Of a DNA stretch of 64,000 nucleotides, positions 60,943-64,000 are shown one piece after another. Made by a program: the position numbers and the translations under genes. Within the stretch, counting starts at the first letter, position 1. Every line of letters begins with the position of its first letter. This DNA comes from Phoronis australis (lineage: Eukaryota; Animalia; Phoronida): the NCBI GenBank assembly GCA_002633005.1, contig NMRA01000536.1, forward strand, positions 199,826 to 263,825, read 5' to 3'. The notes beneath the pieces were generated by a model. That model had not been told where the DNA came from. It did no database searches and was given only the letters and a program-made list of their open reading frames with translations.

Positions 60943-63171
60943 CAGACTCCGGGATACTGAATCAAAGTACCCACCCAAGGCAATTGACAAGACAAAATAG
61001 ACCACTCCCTGTGTGGAGGCACTTCCATTCTAATCCTTGCAGTTGATAGCCCTCGGGGGTGGGGGAGGGGAGGGGGTAACATTCCTATTGAACACTTTGT
61101 GGGATATTGTCTCTGGAAGTTCACAAACCGGACAGGACACAGCGGCACCTGAATCTCGTCAGTTCTCTAGCCTCATTTTCGAGCATTGGAACTTCTTATG
61201 TTATTTATAAGTGCTTTCCTTTTTCAATTTGTTCTTGATCATGTTAAACGTTTTCGACCTTACAATACCAGCAAAGTTTTAATTAGTTTTGCGGTGTGGT
61301 CTGAAACTGTGACAGAAAGTTGGAAACTTTGAGGAGTATCCGTGGATATGATATTCCCAACATGATTCCTAGGATCAGTTCAACATTTGTAAGACAAGGC
61401 CATGTACAAGTAAATGCATTTTCCTACCTCCACGACGAATATTTCTTTCCGGGACCGTCCTATTAACACCCTTTGGAGACCAGTAACTTATCCATTTTAG
61501 AAAGTGAACATAGATCAAGAAATACTAAGTTGCCACATTTTCATTGTTTTCTGTGCTTTCAGGTCACTTTCAAAACCTTTACAGCTTTCTTGTCCTTGTA
61601 TTTCCTCCTGTCCATGAATCATTGATTATCTATCTTACCATTACATACCTTGATTTAAACTGATATGGCTATGCTCAGCTTTGCCTCCAGGTTGTTTAGC
61701 CATTGTCTTTGTGGTTTGTGTTCAGTAGAGTGTTACCTACACATTACAATGCCCAGTAAATTGTCTTCATCTCTTTTTCATGACTAATAAGATTGTTTCT
61801 GAATACCTCTTTAGACTCATATGAAAGAATAAGTTCAACAAACTGCTCAGCTGGAAATCTACTGTTGGTTGATGATTGGGTGAAGAAAATGACGACACTT
61901 GGTCCTTCTAAATAAAACAACAGTTCTTTTATCAACTTATGGAAGTTATGAACTACTACATACTGCTGTGAAAATTGTCCAGTTAGAGACAGGTGCTCTG
62001 CATCAGAGCTTGTACTAAATTTTAGAAATAGACTATAGACCGCCCTACGAACAGTGTGGGGGGACTCGTGAACATGCGTCGGTGCCCGTTTTTGACTAGT
62101 TCATGAACTGCTATTTTCAGATTTGTTTGACACAAAGATCAGTGTCTGCTTCTGAGAAATATGATGGTCACCAAAACCGTCCATGTCCCAATCTTCAGAA
62201 TCAAGAATTTTCAAGTTATGCTTGAAATTCAGCATCACTAAGTTTAGAAACTTTCCAAACTGAATAATTTTTACCATATGTAGCTTGGTTTCTGTGTTGG
62301 TCATGTACTACTGAGCTATGCAGTTTTGATTGGTCACATCTTCATTTAGGCTTTTGCCAGTTTCAAATCTCCTTGAAGGTTGTTCTCCAAGCTCCATTTG
62401 ATCCTGTTTATAGTAAACAGTCCTGCATGTACTTGTTTCAACTATCCCATGTATCTTATGTTTATCCCCAGCTGAGGTCATGTTTAAACTCAGTGGCTGC
62501 TTTCTAGTATACTGACTGTCAGTGATTGATGCAAGTTTTATTCTTTCACTGACCAAGACTGCTGCTACTCCCACACATGTCTCTAAGTCTCTTCAATCCT
62601 GGATTTATGGAAAGATGCATTTTGAATTATCCACTTACTATTTACACTGATAAAGGCTAGGGAGTAGGCACTTAACTTCAACTATTGGAAAAATTGCCAA
62701 AAGTTGTTCTATGACCCACCACAAACCATGCTAGTGAGCAATTAAAATTTTCTTAATTCTTATTTTTGTTGACAAATTTGACTAAATAAAATGTAACTCA
62801 TGTGTCGTGTTGTGTGCTAAGTACAATACAAGCCAACAGTATTGAGGTCAAAATGACCCAAAGTTCCCTTTCATGACGGCTAAGCAGAAGCAGAATTCGT
62901 CATTCAATGAAAAAGAAGGGAAGTTAAATGGAAGAATAGTCAATGTGGCTAAGCCATTCTGCAATTATAACTTTGCCTCCATAATGGTTTTTACTAACCA
63001 TTTTTATTGTTATCAAAATTAGCTGCCATGAGGGGGGAAATGGTATTTTGTCTGATTACTTTTGTTTTGCTCTGTATGCGAAGCATTAACCATCCATCAT
63101 CCCTCATGCGGTAAAAGGTTACACAAATAATTTCAGTTGTGCGAAGTTCACAATGTTTTGTTTTTGTGCAG

Positions 63172-63432
63172 ATCTGCCAATCAAGCGACATCCTCACCCT
63201 CCGTCGCTTATCCGTCCAAGGAGCAACTTATCCAAGGTTGATGAGGAACCGTCCACCACTAATGGCGAAAAGCACACTCAGGACAGTGAAATAGAGACAG
63301 TCGACCGGGGCACTGGACCGACCCCGGTACCCTCACAGCATGTGGATGCCAGGCTGCCACCTTACTTTGGCTATCCCCCCGCGTTCATGGACCCTCGAAA
63401 CGGGCTAATGTCTGCCGTGGATCCGTATCACG
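63172..63432 (+). CDS. Gli: N-terminal coding exon of Gli/Cubitus interruptus family transcription factor (gene continues beyond the window)
   Basis: tttttgtgcag|(D)LPIKRHPHPPSLIRPRSNLSKVDEEPSTTNGEK...PPAFMDPRNGLMSAVDPYH(G)|gtacgt; 261 nt, phase 1-1. LSKVDEEPST and MDPRNG match GLI3 LSKVSEEPST and MDPRNG as I recall them, in the same order. The zinc fingers are outside the window. Confidence 0.85.
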
Positions 63433-64000
63433 GTACGTTGGGTAGAGTATCTTGATTTTGTGTTCAAGTAAGCCTCCATTGTGATTTGAGTGTACTTATG
63501 CAGTCAAGTCTTGCCAAGTTAGGACATGGTTATGATATGACGCACTAGGGATATGTTTTCTGATTTTTATCCTAAGCGATAAGCAGCACTGTCTAATTAA
63601 TCACCCAAATAGAGCTAATTAGATCGTCAAAATCTCGACCTTAAAACTGGAACCAATCAAGTTGGCTTCAGAGGATCTTTCTGTTGAAGTCAACGGTGAG
63701 CTCCATTCTGCAGATTCTTTCATTAGATTTAGTGATTAGGAACCCTATCACGCCGTGTTAAAAACCGCAGCACCGAGTTCCGTTCCTAAAGGTAGCAGAG
63801 CAGTGGTTTTCAGAGAGTGGCCTGGGATTTTCAAGTTCCATTCCTTTGATACGGACAGATAATTTTTTTAAAAATTGTGGTGCTCACATCAAGTGTAGAA
63901 AGTTAAGTTTTGAGAAATGAGAAAAAGGCGATGCTAAAAACGATTTGGTCTCAAGTGTGATTCTACTGTATATAATTGAAATTTGCATTTGGCGACCCAT

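Noticed and set aside
63425-63437. 13-nt match of the Gli exon boundary to the 14-bp minisatellite unit
   Set aside because: A single short match, most likely chance.

Overview
AT-rich, intron-containing animal genomic DNA from a draft assembly: one N-gap at 9932-10173 and single-n contig joins at 1438, 6241, 8799, 34687, 58977 and 60518. It is an invertebrate bilaterian, possibly a lophotrochozoan (inference only). Three + strand loci are readable. (1) 1-9.3 kb: a tandem family of small secreted 8-Cys peptides resembling the CBM14/peritrophin-A (ChtBD2) chitin-binding domain. The mature-peptide exon diverges much faster than the flanking intron, and every differing codon between the two closest copies changes the amino acid. 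(2) 15.2-20.8 kb: a gene with 9 coding exons joined by phase-0 introns, encoding a ~288-aa secreted precursor. It has acidic spacers, KR/RxxR sites and four exon-encoded SP(R/K)RGGR-(RRP(R/K)PTGD)n modules, and looks like a multi-peptide Pro/Arg-rich precursor that I cannot assign to a known family. (3) The 5' part of a large Gli/Ci (Hedgehog effector) gene, recognised from the LSKVxEEPST and MDPRNG motifs of the exon at 63172-63432. The rest is MITEs (several with exact TIR/TSD), a tRNA-derived SINE, LINE and THAP-transposon relics, minisatellites and assembly artefacts. Most ORFs in the supplied track are spurious. All counts were made by eye; no searches were run.
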